In this document: positions 30,894 through 42,469 of the stretch, in pieces
Layout: each line of letters starts with the position of its first letter
Numbering within the stretch: the first letter of the stretch is position 1
Source: an uncultured Muribaculaceae bacterium
Lineage (GTDB): Bacteria > Bacillota_I > Bacilli_A > RF39 > UBA660
Length of the DNA stretch: 64,000 nt
NCBI GenBank assembly: GCA_964397485.1
Contig: CAYNHT010000001.1
Location: 273,190 to 337,189, forward strand
Reading direction: 5' to 3'
Notes under the pieces: generated by a model
Seen by the model: only the letters and a program-made list of their open reading frames with translations
Told to the model about the DNA's origin: nothing
The model's database searches: none
Translations under genes and position numbers: made by a program

Positions 30894-31047
30894 ATTTACC
30901 TCCTATTTTATAATAAACCGCGACTTTGAAATATTAATTTACAAAGCTGCTAATGTAAATAAAAAGCAACACAAAATATTATAATGATTTGTACTACTTT
31001 ATTACTATTATAATTATATACCATATTTTGACAATTTACAACAAATA

Positions 31048-31680
31048 TTATTTTCTGCGAAACCTTAATATTTTTTCTTCTTCTTTTTCTTCTATTTCTT
31101 TATTTAGTTTAAGATTATTATAATTTACAATCTCTTCTTTTATTTTTTTTAATTCACTTAAAGAATAATCATCAATGTTATTTATATTGAATTTATTATT
31201 ACAAACTTCTTTTTTAGTATTTTTTATTGAATATTCATTAACATTATTATAAATATCCACATATTCATCAACACTAGAATTTAATTCATTTTTATTATCT
31301 AAGAAAAATTTCATTTTCTTTATTTCTTTTATTCTTTTAAAGTTTTCTACCAAACCTACATAACTTAAAATAAAACAAAATAAATATATATAAGACATAA
31401 TAGATTTTGCTATTACTATTGAACTAACTGATAATAAAAATAAAAACGGTGCTACCATTAAATTAAGAGCAAAATATTTTTTTGCTTTTTTTAATGGTTT
31501 ATCTGCTGCATTAGAAGCTTGAGTTTCCATTATATCAATTATTGATTGTTCATTACTTTCAGTATAAGGAATTTCCTTTTTACCAGTGTCAGCATACCTA
31601 ATAATAATTTTGTTACCAACAACTTTATATTTAGTAATAAAATTTTCACATTCAGTCCAATGTTCTGCATAATTTTTCAT
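31048..31680 (-). CDS. Hypothetical membrane protein.
   Basis: 210 aa with two central TM helices and a Lys/Glu-rich tail. Confidence 0.35.
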   Translation of the reverse strand: MKNYAEHWTECENFITKYKVVGNKIIIRYADTGKKEIPYTESNEQSIIDIMETQASNAADKPLKKAKKYFALNLMVAPFLFLLSVSSIVIAKSIMSYIYLFCFILSYVGLVENFKRIKEIKKMKFFLDNKNELNSSVDEYVDIYNNVNEYSIKNTKKEVCNNKFNINNIDDYSLSELKKIKEEIVNYNNLKLNKEIEEKEEEKILRFRRK

Positions 31681-31775
31681 AATACCACTTCCCTACAAAA
31701 TATATATGCATTAAAAAATTACGTTATATTATAGCATATAAAAAAAGGATTGTATACATATACAACCCAATTTAT

Positions 31776-32966
31776 TTAATTATCAAATTTTAATTTTGTT
31801 TGAAAAATACCTAATAAAATAATTAATAATCCTGAAATAGCAAACCAAATATTTATTCCTACTATATCAGCAAATAAACCACTGATTATTAAACCAATTG
31901 GCATTGCTAGAACAGATAAGCTTATATAATTAGCATATACTCTACCTAAATAATTAGGATCAACTATTTCCGCAAATATAGTTGATATTGAAGCATTTAT
32001 TAAAGCTCCTGCTTTTCCCATAAAGAAACATAAAATACAAAATATAATAAACATAGTACTAGATAATATTCCAGATAAAAATAATGTTATTCCTATTATC
32101 ATAATAGATAAAGTAATATTTTTTCTTTTATTTTGAAAATATTTCTTACTAGATAAAATTAATGATCCAATTAACATTCCAATAGCAAAAATTATTTCTA
32201 CTATTCCTGCATGAATTGAATTTCCATTAAAATAATCCATACTCATTAATGGGAATAAAGAACTAATTGGCATAAATACTATCATAAATATTACGCTCAT
32301 TATAAAAATTGATTTTATTGAATTACTCTTTAGAATTATTTTAATACCCTCTTTAATATCAGTTATATAACTTGTTTTTTCTTCTTGTGGTGTAACTTTT
32401 GGTATTGTAACAATCATTAATGTGATGATTGCAAATAAAGCACCAAATACATCTATTAAAATAATATTGCCTAATTTCATACTTGCATATAAAAAGGCTG
32501 CAAGAGCTGGGGCTAAAATCAAACTAATAGATACACCAACTTGATTATATCCTGAATACTTTAACAATTCTTTTTCAGGTACAATTAAAGGCATTAATGC
32601 TTGTAATGATGGGTTATGAAAAGCAGAACCTACTGATCTTACACCTAACACTACAAACAATAACCATATTGGAACTACCCCACTAAACATACTATAAATA
32701 AATATAATTAATCCAGCCATAGCTATAACTATATCAGATATAATCATAATTTTTTTTCGGTCATATTTATCAATAATACTACCTGAAAATATTCCAAGTA
32801 ATCCTTGTGGTAACAATCCAATAAGTGATGCCATTGATAGGTAAAAAGCCGATCTAGTTACATCAGTTATATACCATATAATAGCAAACTGAACAATTGA
32901 ACTTGTAATTATAGATAATGATTGACCAGTCCATATTGTCCAAAACGTTTTTTTCCATTTTTCCAT
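31776..32966 (-). CDS. MFS transporter (Mef/EntS-like efflux type).
   Basis: 396 aa with 12 TM segments. N-terminal 'TFWTIWTGQSLSIITSSIVQFAIIWYITD'. Confidence 0.8.
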   Translation of the reverse strand: MEKWKKTFWTIWTGQSLSIITSSIVQFAIIWYITDVTRSAFYLSMASLIGLLPQGLLGIFSGSIIDKYDRKKIMIISDIVIAMAGLIIFIYSMFSGVVPIWLLFVVLGVRSVGSAFHNPSLQALMPLIVPEKELLKYSGYNQVGVSISLILAPALAAFLYASMKLGNIILIDVFGALFAIITLMIVTIPKVTPQEEKTSYITDIKEGIKIILKSNSIKSIFIMSVIFMIVFMPISSLFPLMSMDYFNGNSIHAGIVEIIFAIGMLIGSLILSSKKYFQNKRKNITLSIMIIGITLFLSGILSSTMFIIFCILCFFMGKAGALINASISTIFAEIVDPNYLGRVYANYISLSVLAMPIGLIISGLFADIVGINIWFAISGLLIILLGIFQTKLKFDN

Positions 32967-33150
32967 TTATTTTCTCCTTTATTACAATTTTAATCATTAT
33001 ACAGATTATTGTAATAAATTATATATCACAAATAACCTGTGATATTATCGCATTCTAACTGATTGCATACTTATCCCTCCGTTATAATTATATCATAATA
33101 TATTATGATATAATAAAAAGAATTGAATATCAATTCTTCTATTATTAAAA

Positions 33151-33804
33151 TTATTTTCCTTGCATTTTTTTATTAACAAGTTTAATCGCAAACTTATCAT
33201 TCATCTTATACATAATATTCATAATTTTAGAATCAGTTCCAACATAAATCTTAAACTTATCTTTTTCTATTCCATTAATAATTATTTCGGCTGCTTTTGT
33301 TGAAGAAAGCATTTTGATTTTACTATTATTTTCACTATTACCAAAATCAACATTAGAATTTTTAGTAATATTGGTATTTATAGCACCCGGTAATACTAAA
33401 GTAACTTTAACATTAGTATTTAATAATTCAGGTAAAAATAATTTAGTTAATTTAACTGGTCCATAAAAATTAACATCCATTACTTTATATATAATATCCA
33501 TATTTAGTTTATCAACATTTATAAAAGGTTGAATAATACCTGCATTATTAATTATTCCATCAATAACAGAATAATTTTTAAAATATTCATCTTTAAATTT
33601 ATTAATTGATTCCTCGTTTGCCATATCTACTATATGTAATGTTAAACGATTATTATTTGCTATTTCTTTAGTTTTATTAAGTTCTTGTTCATTTATATCT
33701 AAAGCTGCAACATAAGCTCCTTTAGATAATAACTGTAGTGTTAATTCTCTACCAATTCCACTACCCGCACCTGTTACTATTATTCTTTTATCTTTTACTT
33801 TCAT
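33151..33804 (-). CDS. Short-chain dehydrogenase/reductase.
   Basis: 'IIVTGAGSGIGREL' Rossmann motif and 'NNAGI'. Confidence 0.8.
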   Translation of the reverse strand: MKVKDKRIIVTGAGSGIGRELTLQLLSKGAYVAALDINEQELNKTKEIANNNRLTLHIVDMANEESINKFKDEYFKNYSVIDGIINNAGIIQPFINVDKLNMDIIYKVMDVNFYGPVKLTKLFLPELLNTNVKVTLVLPGAINTNITKNSNVDFGNSENNSKIKMLSSTKAAEIIINGIEKDKFKIYVGTDSKIMNIMYKMNDKFAIKLVNKKMQGK

Positions 33805-33844
33805 TTTATCACCTATTTTTATTATAACATATAAACTTTTTTAG

Positions 33845-34150
33845 TTAGTCAATAAAGTAAGTATGTTTAGTTTTCCATTTTTTAAGTGCTATACCTACCC
33901 AAAAACTATATATACCAAAGGTTATCAGCATCAAAATCATCCATTTAATCCAACTACCAAAAAGCTGCATTGCTGTTCCATCAAATTGTAATCTCTTACC
34001 ATTTATTACAGTATGTTTAGTCTCCCAGTTATATATCATACATATAGCCCAAGGTGCACATATTCCAAATGTAATAAGAGTTACAAAACCTCCAAGTAAC
34101 TTCCAACCTACAAGTTGCATAAGACCACCATCAAAATAAGATTTTTCCAT
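33845..34150 (-). CDS. Small membrane protein.
   Basis: 101 aa with two TM helices. Confidence 0.35.
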   Translation of the reverse strand: MEKSYFDGGLMQLVGWKLLGGFVTLITFGICAPWAICMIYNWETKHTVINGKRLQFDGTAMQLFGSWIKWMILMLITFGIYSFWVGIALKKWKTKHTYFID

Positions 34151-34190
34151 AATTATTCCTCCTTTAAAATATCAAATCTATTTTTTATTA

Positions 34191-34772
34191 TCAGTTAATA
34201 AAAGTCTGTTCAACTCTAACTGACTTTTTCAAATAAGAAATCCATACAATTGCTGCAATAATACCACCAATAACTTGTCCAACTAATTCCGATGTTATTT
34301 CAATACCAATAGCATAACCCCAAACTATATCAATAACTGATGCTGCTTGAACTAATATCAAAAATATGATCGCATACTTTGGAAACTTTATGCTTTTTTT
34401 AAACATCAACATTAACCCATAAAATATTCCTATTATACATAATATTCCTCCAATAAACTCATATTGAATTAGTGGAACTACGTTAGGATTATAAAATTCA
34501 CTATTAACATCTCTTAAAATATCAAATGTACCATTTTTGAACATCTCCATAATATCAAAAATAGAAGTAAATTGCTTAAATAGTGAAAAACACCATCCAA
34601 AAACTAAAAATAATAGCCATCCTCCAATTTTATTATACTTTTCTACTTCTTCCATCTTAAAACTCCTTTCATAATACTTGTATCTAAAATAAAAAGCAGC
34701 ACAAAAATCCATTAGATGTGTACTGCTTATCATTAATATGATTATATACTTTATTTCGACAAAATGCAACAA
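34191..34772 (-). CDS. Hypothetical membrane protein.
   Basis: Polytopic hydrophobic ORF. The true start may lie downstream, at 'MEEVEKY'. Confidence 0.35.
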   Translation of the reverse strand: MLHFVEIKYIIILMISSTHLMDFCAAFYFRYKYYERSFKMEEVEKYNKIGGWLLFLVFGWCFSLFKQFTSIFDIMEMFKNGTFDILRDVNSEFYNPNVVPLIQYEFIGGILCIIGIFYGLMLMFKKSIKFPKYAIIFLILVQAASVIDIVWGYAIGIEITSELVGQVIGGIIAAIVWISYLKKSVRVEQTFIN

Positions 34773-34842
34773 TATTCGCTATAAATATAGATAACAACTA
34801 ACACGATCATTATAAAAAAATCCCTGTTAATAGGGATTTTAT

Positions 34843-35604
34843 TTATACAGGCTGCATTATTCCAAAGAAAACTAACCATGCTAATATAGTTTTAGCAACC
34901 AAACTTAATATAATATATACTCTTTCTCCATATATATAATCTTTCCATTTACCTAATTTCTTATATTGCAATATCATGTTGATTGGAAACAAATTAAAGA
35001 ATATAAAATATGAAATAAATACTGCATAAACAAACCATGGAACTTGTGCTGGATCTGAATTGCCAAATGCATACATTGTTATTACTATCCATGGAATGAT
35101 ACCTGCTATTGACCCATAAACAAATGCAGACCAATTTGTTTTAGTTGTATATTGGTTTATTTTCTCCATCAATAATCCAAAAAGATTCATACTAGCATTT
35201 AATCCAAAAATTAGTATTAAAGCACCAATATCATAAACACCAAATAATACGGCTATTAAAGTTATCATTAATGATGACGATAAAGCATATTCATACCACC
35301 TAAATTTATTTATTCCTTTTTCTAAATCTTTTATATATTTCTTATTACAATAAACTATTATAAAATGAAATAAGGCTGATAAAAGTAAGAATACACTTAC
35401 ACATAAGGCAAATGGTAGCTCAAATAATTCTTTCACATCTGTAACTAATTTCATTGAAGTACTATCAAATTTTAAAAAGTAAGAATAAATAGTTGGTTTA
35501 AAATTCGCAACCTTTTCTACATTTAATGAAACAATAACCATTGCAAGTCCCTGAATCAAATGAAGTATCCCCATAACTAAGTTAAAGTTTTTTAATTTTT
35601 TCAT
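34843..35604 (-). CDS. Hypothetical polytopic membrane protein.
   Basis: 253 aa with about 7 TM segments. Confidence 0.4.
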   Translation of the reverse strand: MKKLKNFNLVMGILHLIQGLAMVIVSLNVEKVANFKPTIYSYFLKFDSTSMKLVTDVKELFELPFALCVSVFLLLSALFHFIIVYCNKKYIKDLEKGINKFRWYEYALSSSLMITLIAVLFGVYDIGALILIFGLNASMNLFGLLMEKINQYTTKTNWSAFVYGSIAGIIPWIVITMYAFGNSDPAQVPWFVYAVFISYFIFFNLFPINMILQYKKLGKWKDYIYGERVYIILSLVAKTILAWLVFFGIMQPV

Positions 35605-35751
35605 ATATTCCTCCTATTAATCTAATATAAATTTATTCATCTCGTGAATTAAATGTTATCCTGTACATTAATTATATCATTTATAGTAAGAAAGTAAATA
35701 TATTAAAAATTTAAATCTTTCATACAACTAAAAAGAATTAGTGATATATCA

Positions 35752-36441
35752 CTAACTCTTATTATTTAAATTAAACTTTCTTATTAATCTTTTCACAAAC
35801 CCAACATCTTTCGTTTCTTCAATAACTTCATTTTCTTCTATAACTTCTATAATTTCTTCTTCATCTTCAATACGATAATTACCTACAAATGAAATTAAAC
35901 ATTCATTTAACCCATTTATTCCTCTTTGTTTAGAACAATATAAGTTATTTTCACTAACAAAGTTCTGACCAGGAGTAAACACATCATATGGTATATCATT
36001 TTTCATAATATCTTTAAATAATAATTGGGCATCTTTTCCTAATGTATCATCAGCAAACCCAAACCAGACAACATCTATATTATTTTCTTTAAGTTGATTA
36101 ACATAATTAGTCACTTGAAACAACTTATATGAATTTTCTTCTTTAGGATATAAAACACACTCACCATCTTGATAACTCATTTTATCTAAAAAACATTTAC
36201 CCACCATAACATTATTTTTTTCAAATGGTTCTTTAACATTAGTTAAACAATGCTTTATATAAAAAGGTTGTGAGTGTGAAGTAGCAAGTGAAAAAATAAC
36301 TTGATCTGCTTCATATCTTTTTTTAATTTCAACTAATAGATTAGTAAAACGATTGTATGCTTTTCTTTTTTCTATATCACTATTGATATCTTCTGGTGTA
36401 AAAGTTCCTTCAATGTCTGAAATGAATAATATTGTTTTCAT
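35752..36441 (-). CDS. Hypothetical protein, possibly HAD-like.
   Basis: The start 'MKTILFISDIEGTF' resembles the HAD motif I DxDGT. RBS 'gggggg'. Confidence 0.35.
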   Translation of the reverse strand: MKTILFISDIEGTFTPEDINSDIEKRKAYNRFTNLLVEIKKRYEADQVIFSLATSHSQPFYIKHCLTNVKEPFEKNNVMVGKCFLDKMSYQDGECVLYPKEENSYKLFQVTNYVNQLKENNIDVVWFGFADDTLGKDAQLLFKDIMKNDIPYDVFTPGQNFVSENNLYCSKQRGINGLNECLISFVGNYRIEDEEEIIEVIEENEVIEETKDVGFVKRLIRKFNLNNKS

Positions 36442-36637
36442 ATTATCCCCCCTATATGCCATTATTATATACCAAATGAGTTGGATGTGCAAATAAAAGT
36501 TGAGCAACAAACTTTTACAAAAAAAGAATTGCTCTAAAATGCAATTTTCTTTATTGTTTATTCCGATATCTATAATAAACCTCTGACACCTAAATAAGTA
36601 TCAAATTTTACTTTATATATATTAATATCACATAGTT

Positions 36638-37009
36638 TTATACATAGAATAACCAGATTGTTGATAGTATAATGGATATTAAACTTAAAATAAATCCTGT
36701 AGTATTTAAACCATTTTTTTCTTTTTTGCGAGCAATTAATAATAAACATAATCCTGGAATAGTAATACTATAAATAAAAATAGTACAAATAATATTTACA
36801 GCAAAATCCGATGTTCCTTCTAGAAATTGCGCTAAAAAGCCAATGAACATGAAAAAAGAATAAAAAACTCCTATAATACCAAGAACAAAGCCTGCGACAC
36901 TCTTTCCCTTTGGCTTTTTTTTGATATATACATTGATAGTATTAACTCCACAATGTACACATATGACAGCCTTTTCATCAATTTTTTTCCCACAATTATA
37001 ACAATACAT
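36638..37009 (-). CDS. Zinc-ribbon plus membrane protein.
   Basis: Start 'MYCYNCGKKIDEKAVICVHCG' has two CxxC pairs. RBS 'ggagg'. Three TM helices. Confidence 0.45.
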   Translation of the reverse strand: MYCYNCGKKIDEKAVICVHCGVNTINVYIKKKPKGKSVAGFVLGIIGVFYSFFMFIGFLAQFLEGTSDFAVNIICTIFIYSITIPGLCLLLIARKKEKNGLNTTGFILSLISIILSTIWLFYV

Positions 37010-37165
37010 AATTAACCTCCCTAAATTATACAAAAGATAATCTATAATATTTTATTATTAAATCAATTATACCATATTTTGGAAATATTGGACATAGCAA
37101 TACCAATTACTAAAAATAGACCACAATTTCTTTGTAATCTATCGTATTTAGTACCCGTCTATACC

Positions 37166-37366
37166 CTACTCACTAACAATCTCTTGTACTCTACCAACAG
37201 CATTATTTTCCTCAATCATTACTTTGATCCCATGCGGGTGATTTGTACTATTAGTTAGAATTTTTTTAACGTGTCCTTTAGTAAGTTTGTTAGTTCTTTG
37301 ATCCTGCTTTAAAACAATATTTACAAGGGAACCAATCTTAATATTTGATCTTTTTTGTCCGTTCAT
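37166..37366 (-). CDS. ywbE: YwbE-family protein (DUF2196).
   Basis: 'MNGQKRSNIKIGSLVNIVLKQDQRTNKLTKGHVKKILTNSTNHPHGIKV' matches the conserved YwbE sequence. Confidence 0.75.
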   Translation of the reverse strand: MNGQKRSNIKIGSLVNIVLKQDQRTNKLTKGHVKKILTNSTNHPHGIKVMIEENNAVGRVQEIVSE

Positions 37367-37417
37367 AAATGCTCCTTTAATTACTATTTCTTATATTATT
37401 TTAATACATTGCAGTTC

Positions 37418-38446
37418 TTAAACTACATTTATTCCTTCTATATAACAATATTTAATATCCTTAAACTCTTTATATTTAAGCAAAAGATTTTCAGCTTCTT
37501 TTGAAACCTTATCTAAACGTACAATTTTATTATCTGCCTTACAAAGTGGTACAACATATCTTTTTTTTGAATCAATCGATACATAATAAACTCCTTTTGG
37601 TTCTTCATCTGTTCTTTTTAATAAACTCGCTTCAGAAAATATATTCCATGTTTTTTCATTTTCTTTTATCACTTTTATTATATCACTTTCACTTAATTTA
37701 TATATGTCTTTAAAATATATTTTATTTGAATCGATTTGTTTTTTTAATACATCTGCAATATATTGCATTGAAAATTTATCTTCATTACTTTGAAGTGCTA
37801 TACTATATTCATAAACCGCTTTAAAAAATAACTCACCAGATTCAATGTCTTTGAATCCTATTTCAAGAACATTATCTTCATTAGATAAAACAACTATACC
37901 TTGATATACTTTTTCTATTTTTTCTAATGGCCAAATATTTAACCATATATAGACAGTATGCAAAACACCTTCTAATCTATCAGCACATAATTTTGGACTT
38001 TTATTTTCAACTATAGGATATCTAGAAACATCTGCTACATCTTCAATTGATATTCCATCAGAGGCAAGAATACTACAAATATCAGGCGAATTTAAAATAA
38101 TCTCCTTAACACTCTTTTCTGAAGATTCCTGATTAACTGAATCACCTAACATAAAATCAATACAATGACTAAATGCTGGCGTTCCTAAATCATGAAACAA
38201 AGCAGCAAGGGTTTGAACTTTATCTTTAGTAAAATTCCATGTTATAAGTGCTGTTGCAATACTATGATCAAATCTTGTATACCAGTATCTTATATTATAT
38301 AATTTATTATAATCGCATCCACAGAATTGACCTATATTTTTTAACCTTTTTAATTCAATAGTATCAAAATATTTTTCTATAAAAAAAGGGTAATCTCCAT
38401 TGCATAAAATATCAAAATATTTTTTTAGTTCTTTATTATTTGTCAT
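37418..38446 (-). CDS. HD-domain phosphohydrolase-like protein.
   Basis: 'LAALFHDLGTPAFSHCIDF' is an HD motif. Confidence 0.6.
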   Translation of the reverse strand: MTNNKELKKYFDILCNGDYPFFIEKYFDTIELKRLKNIGQFCGCDYNKLYNIRYWYTRFDHSIATALITWNFTKDKVQTLAALFHDLGTPAFSHCIDFMLGDSVNQESSEKSVKEIILNSPDICSILASDGISIEDVADVSRYPIVENKSPKLCADRLEGVLHTVYIWLNIWPLEKIEKVYQGIVVLSNEDNVLEIGFKDIESGELFFKAVYEYSIALQSNEDKFSMQYIADVLKKQIDSNKIYFKDIYKLSESDIIKVIKENEKTWNIFSEASLLKRTDEEPKGVYYVSIDSKKRYVVPLCKADNKIVRLDKVSKEAENLLLKYKEFKDIKYCYIEGINVV

Positions 38447-38547
38447 ATAACCACCATATAAATTATATCATATTATCGGCTTTATATTAAATAAAAAAAT
38501 GTGATGGTTTAGTTTTCACATTTTCTTTTTTATTATATTTTATCTAA

Positions 38548-38593
38548 TGGTTTCCTATACAGGATTCGAATCTATGACCCGCTGATTAAGAGT
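38548..38593 (-). repeat. Degenerate copy of the tRNA-Lys 3' half; this is the left boundary of the island array.
   Basis: 'tggtttcctatacaggattcgaatctatgacccgctgattaagagtc' aligns with the 3' half of tRNA-Lys at 59066-59111. The T-stem pairing is degraded. Confidence 0.6.
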
Positions 38594-38752
38594 CGCTTTA
38601 AAGCAATATTTTTATTTGTCTTAAAACCTCATAAAGTGTAACAATCATTTATTTAAATAGCATTTTGACTTTTATCTATATTTTGTAATGTTCCCTAATA
38701 TTTTATATTATGCCGGCAAAATGCTGGTATTTCAATGCGTTGTAAATAAACA

Positions 38753-39709
38753 TTATATCTTTTTAGAATGACTGATAAACCCTTTTAATTCATCATAAGC
38801 TTGCTTGTGTAAAAATCCTTCATTATATAAAATTTTCATTTCTTCTTTTAACAAATCTTTGTTCATTTTTCTGTGTCTCAAATAAACCTCATTTATCAAA
38901 TCGATATTTAGACTATCCTTATCAAATTCTTTTATAAATTGAGTAGTTGTTTCAATAATTACATCTTTACTTTTTTTAAGTCTATCATTATATTTTCTCA
39001 ATAATAACGAATTACTATATTCTAAATTCAATAGTTCATTATATACTCTTTTCTTTTTGGATAAAAAGATAATATATTGTAAATAAGTTAACATTATTAA
39101 ATCACAAAGATTTGAAATAATTTCTGTATCCTTATCATTTAAGTTTACAATATTATCTAAATAACCAGCAATTATAGATAAAATAAATATATTATTATTT
39201 CTATAATATCCACCTAAAAGCATAGCATCCTCAGGACTAGATTCGATTTTAATTAGCAAATCTTTGAGAGGATCTGGGTGTGCTATATTAGTAAAATATT
39301 TATATACTTCTTGCAAAGTATTTGCCTTATCACTTATACTCGGTATTTTATCAAATACATTAATTCCAAAAAATTTTTCTTGATTATTAATAATTTCTTC
39401 TTTGTATTCAGTGAAAAATTTTTCTTCCTGGTAATGATTGTAATGAACAGTTTTCATTAATAATTCCAATGCCTCGCGTGATAGAGTTATTCCACTTGTA
39501 ATATTACCTTTTCCTAACAATCGATTCGATTCTATTATTATCCTTAAGGATGCACTTAAATTTAACTTTAAATAACTATCTATTTCGTTTTCCATAATTA
39601 TTCTAATAAATTCTTTAATTAACAACCTAATGAATTGATTATTCCATAATTTAATTTTACTATTTATAGGTTGCTTTTTAAATTTATATGGTATATTCGT
39701 TTTTTTCAT
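38753..39709 (-). CDS. Hypothetical protein translationally coupled to hsdS.
   Basis: A TAATG overlap joins the hsdS stop to this ATG. 318 aa with no recognisable motif. Confidence 0.5.
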   Translation of the reverse strand: MKKTNIPYKFKKQPINSKIKLWNNQFIRLLIKEFIRIIMENEIDSYLKLNLSASLRIIIESNRLLGKGNITSGITLSREALELLMKTVHYNHYQEEKFFTEYKEEIINNQEKFFGINVFDKIPSISDKANTLQEVYKYFTNIAHPDPLKDLLIKIESSPEDAMLLGGYYRNNNIFILSIIAGYLDNIVNLNDKDTEIISNLCDLIMLTYLQYIIFLSKKKRVYNELLNLEYSNSLLLRKYNDRLKKSKDVIIETTTQFIKEFDKDSLNIDLINEVYLRHRKMNKDLLKEEMKILYNEGFLHKQAYDELKGFISHSKKI

Positions 39710-40896
39710 TAGACAAACATTTGTTGCAGTAACCCTATTTTTAATTGAGTTAAGTTACTAAACAATTCTCTTTCCTTCTCAATTTTGAAATCAATTATTG
39801 ATAAAAATTTAGAGATTCTTTTTTGTTCAGAAATTATTGGAACACTTATTTGTAATAACCCTAAATCTTTAAATGAGAGACTTTGCCTTACACTTCCAAT
39901 TAGATACCTTTTAATGCCTTCCTTAAACGAGTGGGTGTTTGTAAAATAATTTAGAAAATCTGGATCTAAGTTAGTTTTAAATACAGTATACATTGGACTT
40001 AATACTCCATTGTCATATTCCTTAAGTAAAGCAATGGATCCCACATTTATTCTCGAAGGATTATAAGCAAAATTATTCCTGTTAATTATTTTGTAATTAT
40101 TTAAATTTGTGCTAGCTACCCTTTTATCAAAATAGTCACTTTGTAAAATAAATCCCTCTTTATTAGTAACACTTAATATTTGATAATTTTTGTTTTCTTT
40201 ATTTTTTATTGAACATTGAATGATAAATTTTTTTAATTTCCCGTTTTCCCATTCTGGATATTCAATTCCAGCATAATCTTTAAATCTAATCCCTTGACTA
40301 AATACCTTTTGCATCATCCCTTTTTTATATCGTTCTAATTTGCCAATCTTATCTTCTTGTAATTCTATTCTTTTATCTACTAATGACAAGAACATTGCTA
40401 TTTTATTTTGTTCTTCTAAACTAGGGGTTTTTATTTTTAGTTCTTTTAAATGACTGTTGTATAAGTGTATAACTGATATTCCCTGAGACAATTTAGCTAT
40501 TTCATTTCTATATTTATTATTTAGAGAATATGAAAGGAAGAGCCCGTTTTCTTTAGTTTTAATTATGTTAATATCGCCGCCTATTGCAATTTTATCATCA
40601 GTATAAATACACGAAGCAGTTGCCAAATCTACCGCAGTCTCCCCTGATGATGGAATTAATATATCATTTCTCTCAGAAAATATTAATTTATCATCAGACG
40701 TAAAATTATTTACTTCAGTTATTTTTTCTTTATATTTAGTATATAATTCGCCATACCTCACACATTTGAAAGCACCATTTTCAACAACTGATGCTTTAGA
40801 TACTCCTTTTCCTTTTGATAGTTTTGCTATTTCAGAAAGACTTATTTCTTTCCACTCACCACTGAATTCTTTAAATCTTAAACTTGGAGTATTCAT
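39709..40896 (-). CDS. hsdS: Type I restriction-modification specificity subunit.
   Basis: 395 aa with two target-recognition halves separated by conserved coiled regions. Flanked by hsdM. Confidence 0.85.
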   Translation of the reverse strand: MNTPSLRFKEFSGEWKEISLSEIAKLSKGKGVSKASVVENGAFKCVRYGELYTKYKEKITEVNNFTSDDKLIFSERNDILIPSSGETAVDLATASCIYTDDKIAIGGDINIIKTKENGLFLSYSLNNKYRNEIAKLSQGISVIHLYNSHLKELKIKTPSLEEQNKIAMFLSLVDKRIELQEDKIGKLERYKKGMMQKVFSQGIRFKDYAGIEYPEWENGKLKKFIIQCSIKNKENKNYQILSVTNKEGFILQSDYFDKRVASTNLNNYKIINRNNFAYNPSRINVGSIALLKEYDNGVLSPMYTVFKTNLDPDFLNYFTNTHSFKEGIKRYLIGSVRQSLSFKDLGLLQISVPIISEQKRISKFLSIIDFKIEKERELFSNLTQLKIGLLQQMFV

Positions 40897-42458
40897 TATA
40901 ATTCCTCCAAACCTAACTCTTTTAAATATACATTTAATTCTTTAGTGACCTCAACTATATCTTCTTCTATAAATTTAAGTGCACTTTGAACTTGTTTTAT
41001 ATCAATAGGCTCTTCTTCTTCAAAAGTATTTACATATCTTGGAATATTTAAGTTATAATCATTTTCTTTTATTTCATCTATTGAAGCTACATGTGCATAT
41101 TTATCTATATCTTTTCTATTTTTATAAGCATTCAATATTTTTTCTATATTTTCCTCTGTTAAAGTATTTTGATTTCTTTGTTTTTCAAATTCTTTAGAAG
41201 CATCTATAAATAAAATATCAGTATTGGTTTTACACTTTTTAAACACTAAAATAACAGTTGGTATGGCAGCTCCATAAAATAAATTTGATGGTAATCCTAT
41301 TACTGTATCAATATAATTTTTTTCTACAATATATTTTCTTATTACATCTTCCGAAGCACCTCTAAAAAGAACTCCGTGAGGTAACACCACCGCCATAACA
41401 CCTTTATCATCTAAAAGGTATAACATGTGTTGAACAAATGCATAATCAGCTGTAGATTTAGGCGCTAATTTTCCATAAGCACTAAATCGTTCATCATCCA
41501 AAAATTTAGGATCACTACTCCAATTAATGCCAAAAGGCGGATTGGCAACTATTACTTCAAATTTCATATTTAAATGTTTTTCATAAGGGTTAGTTAAAGT
41601 ATTGCCATTGTAAATGTTAAATCTATTAAAAGGCACTCCATGAAGTATCATATTCATTCTTGCTAAGTTGTATGTTGTAGAAGTTAATTCTTGTCCATAA
41701 AAACTTCCTACATTAGCTTCTTTAGCTACTCTTAGCAATAATGATCCTGAACCACATGTTGGATCATATACTTTTTTTATTTTATCTTGATTCATCGTTA
41801 CAATTTTAGCTAATATTTTTGATACCTGTTGAGGAGTATAGAATTCACCTGCTTTTTTACCTGCAGTAGCAGCGAATTTACTAATTAAATATTCATACGC
41901 ATCACCAAGTACATCTATTTCACTATCACTATGATTAAAGTTGATTTCATTAACTTTTAGCATTATTGTAGCTATTAGTTTACTTTTATCTTTTTCACCT
42001 TTACCCAGTTTAGAAGAATGCAAGTCCATATCTTCAAATAAATTTTCAAAATCATCTTGACTTGTTGTACCAAGAACAGATTCATTCAATTCATTAATTG
42101 CCTTTTCTAACATTGAAATATCAAATTTATTTTGCTTAATTAATTCAATTAATGAAGAATATAAATATTGCGGTTGAATAACATATCCAATTTCACTGTT
42201 ATTAAGTAATTGCTCAATTAAAGCATTTCTATATTCTTTCTTTTCCCACGCTGCTTTATAGGAAATACTATCTGATTTTAACAAAGTTTTTTCCACATAA
42301 TAAAGCAAATTTTCTGATAAATATCTGTAGAATATTAAACCAAGAATATAGTTTTTAAAATCACTTGCTTCCATACTGCCTCTTAAACTATTAGCCATAT
42401 CCCAAAGTTTAGCATGTAATTCTTTTTGTTGAACACTCTGTTTTTGATTTGTTGTCAT
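40896..42458 (-). CDS. hsdM: Type I R-M N6-adenine DNA methyltransferase subunit.
   Basis: 'VIVANPPFG' (NPPF catalytic motif) and 'DPTCGSGSLL' (motif I). Confidence 0.9.
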   Translation of the reverse strand: MTTNQKQSVQQKELHAKLWDMANSLRGSMEASDFKNYILGLIFYRYLSENLLYYVEKTLLKSDSISYKAAWEKKEYRNALIEQLLNNSEIGYVIQPQYLYSSLIELIKQNKFDISMLEKAINELNESVLGTTSQDDFENLFEDMDLHSSKLGKGEKDKSKLIATIMLKVNEINFNHSDSEIDVLGDAYEYLISKFAATAGKKAGEFYTPQQVSKILAKIVTMNQDKIKKVYDPTCGSGSLLLRVAKEANVGSFYGQELTSTTYNLARMNMILHGVPFNRFNIYNGNTLTNPYEKHLNMKFEVIVANPPFGINWSSDPKFLDDERFSAYGKLAPKSTADYAFVQHMLYLLDDKGVMAVVLPHGVLFRGASEDVIRKYIVEKNYIDTVIGLPSNLFYGAAIPTVILVFKKCKTNTDILFIDASKEFEKQRNQNTLTEENIEKILNAYKNRKDIDKYAHVASIDEIKENDYNLNIPRYVNTFEEEEPIDIKQVQSALKFIEEDIVEVTKELNVYLKELGLEEL

Positions 42459-42469
42459 TTTATCACTCC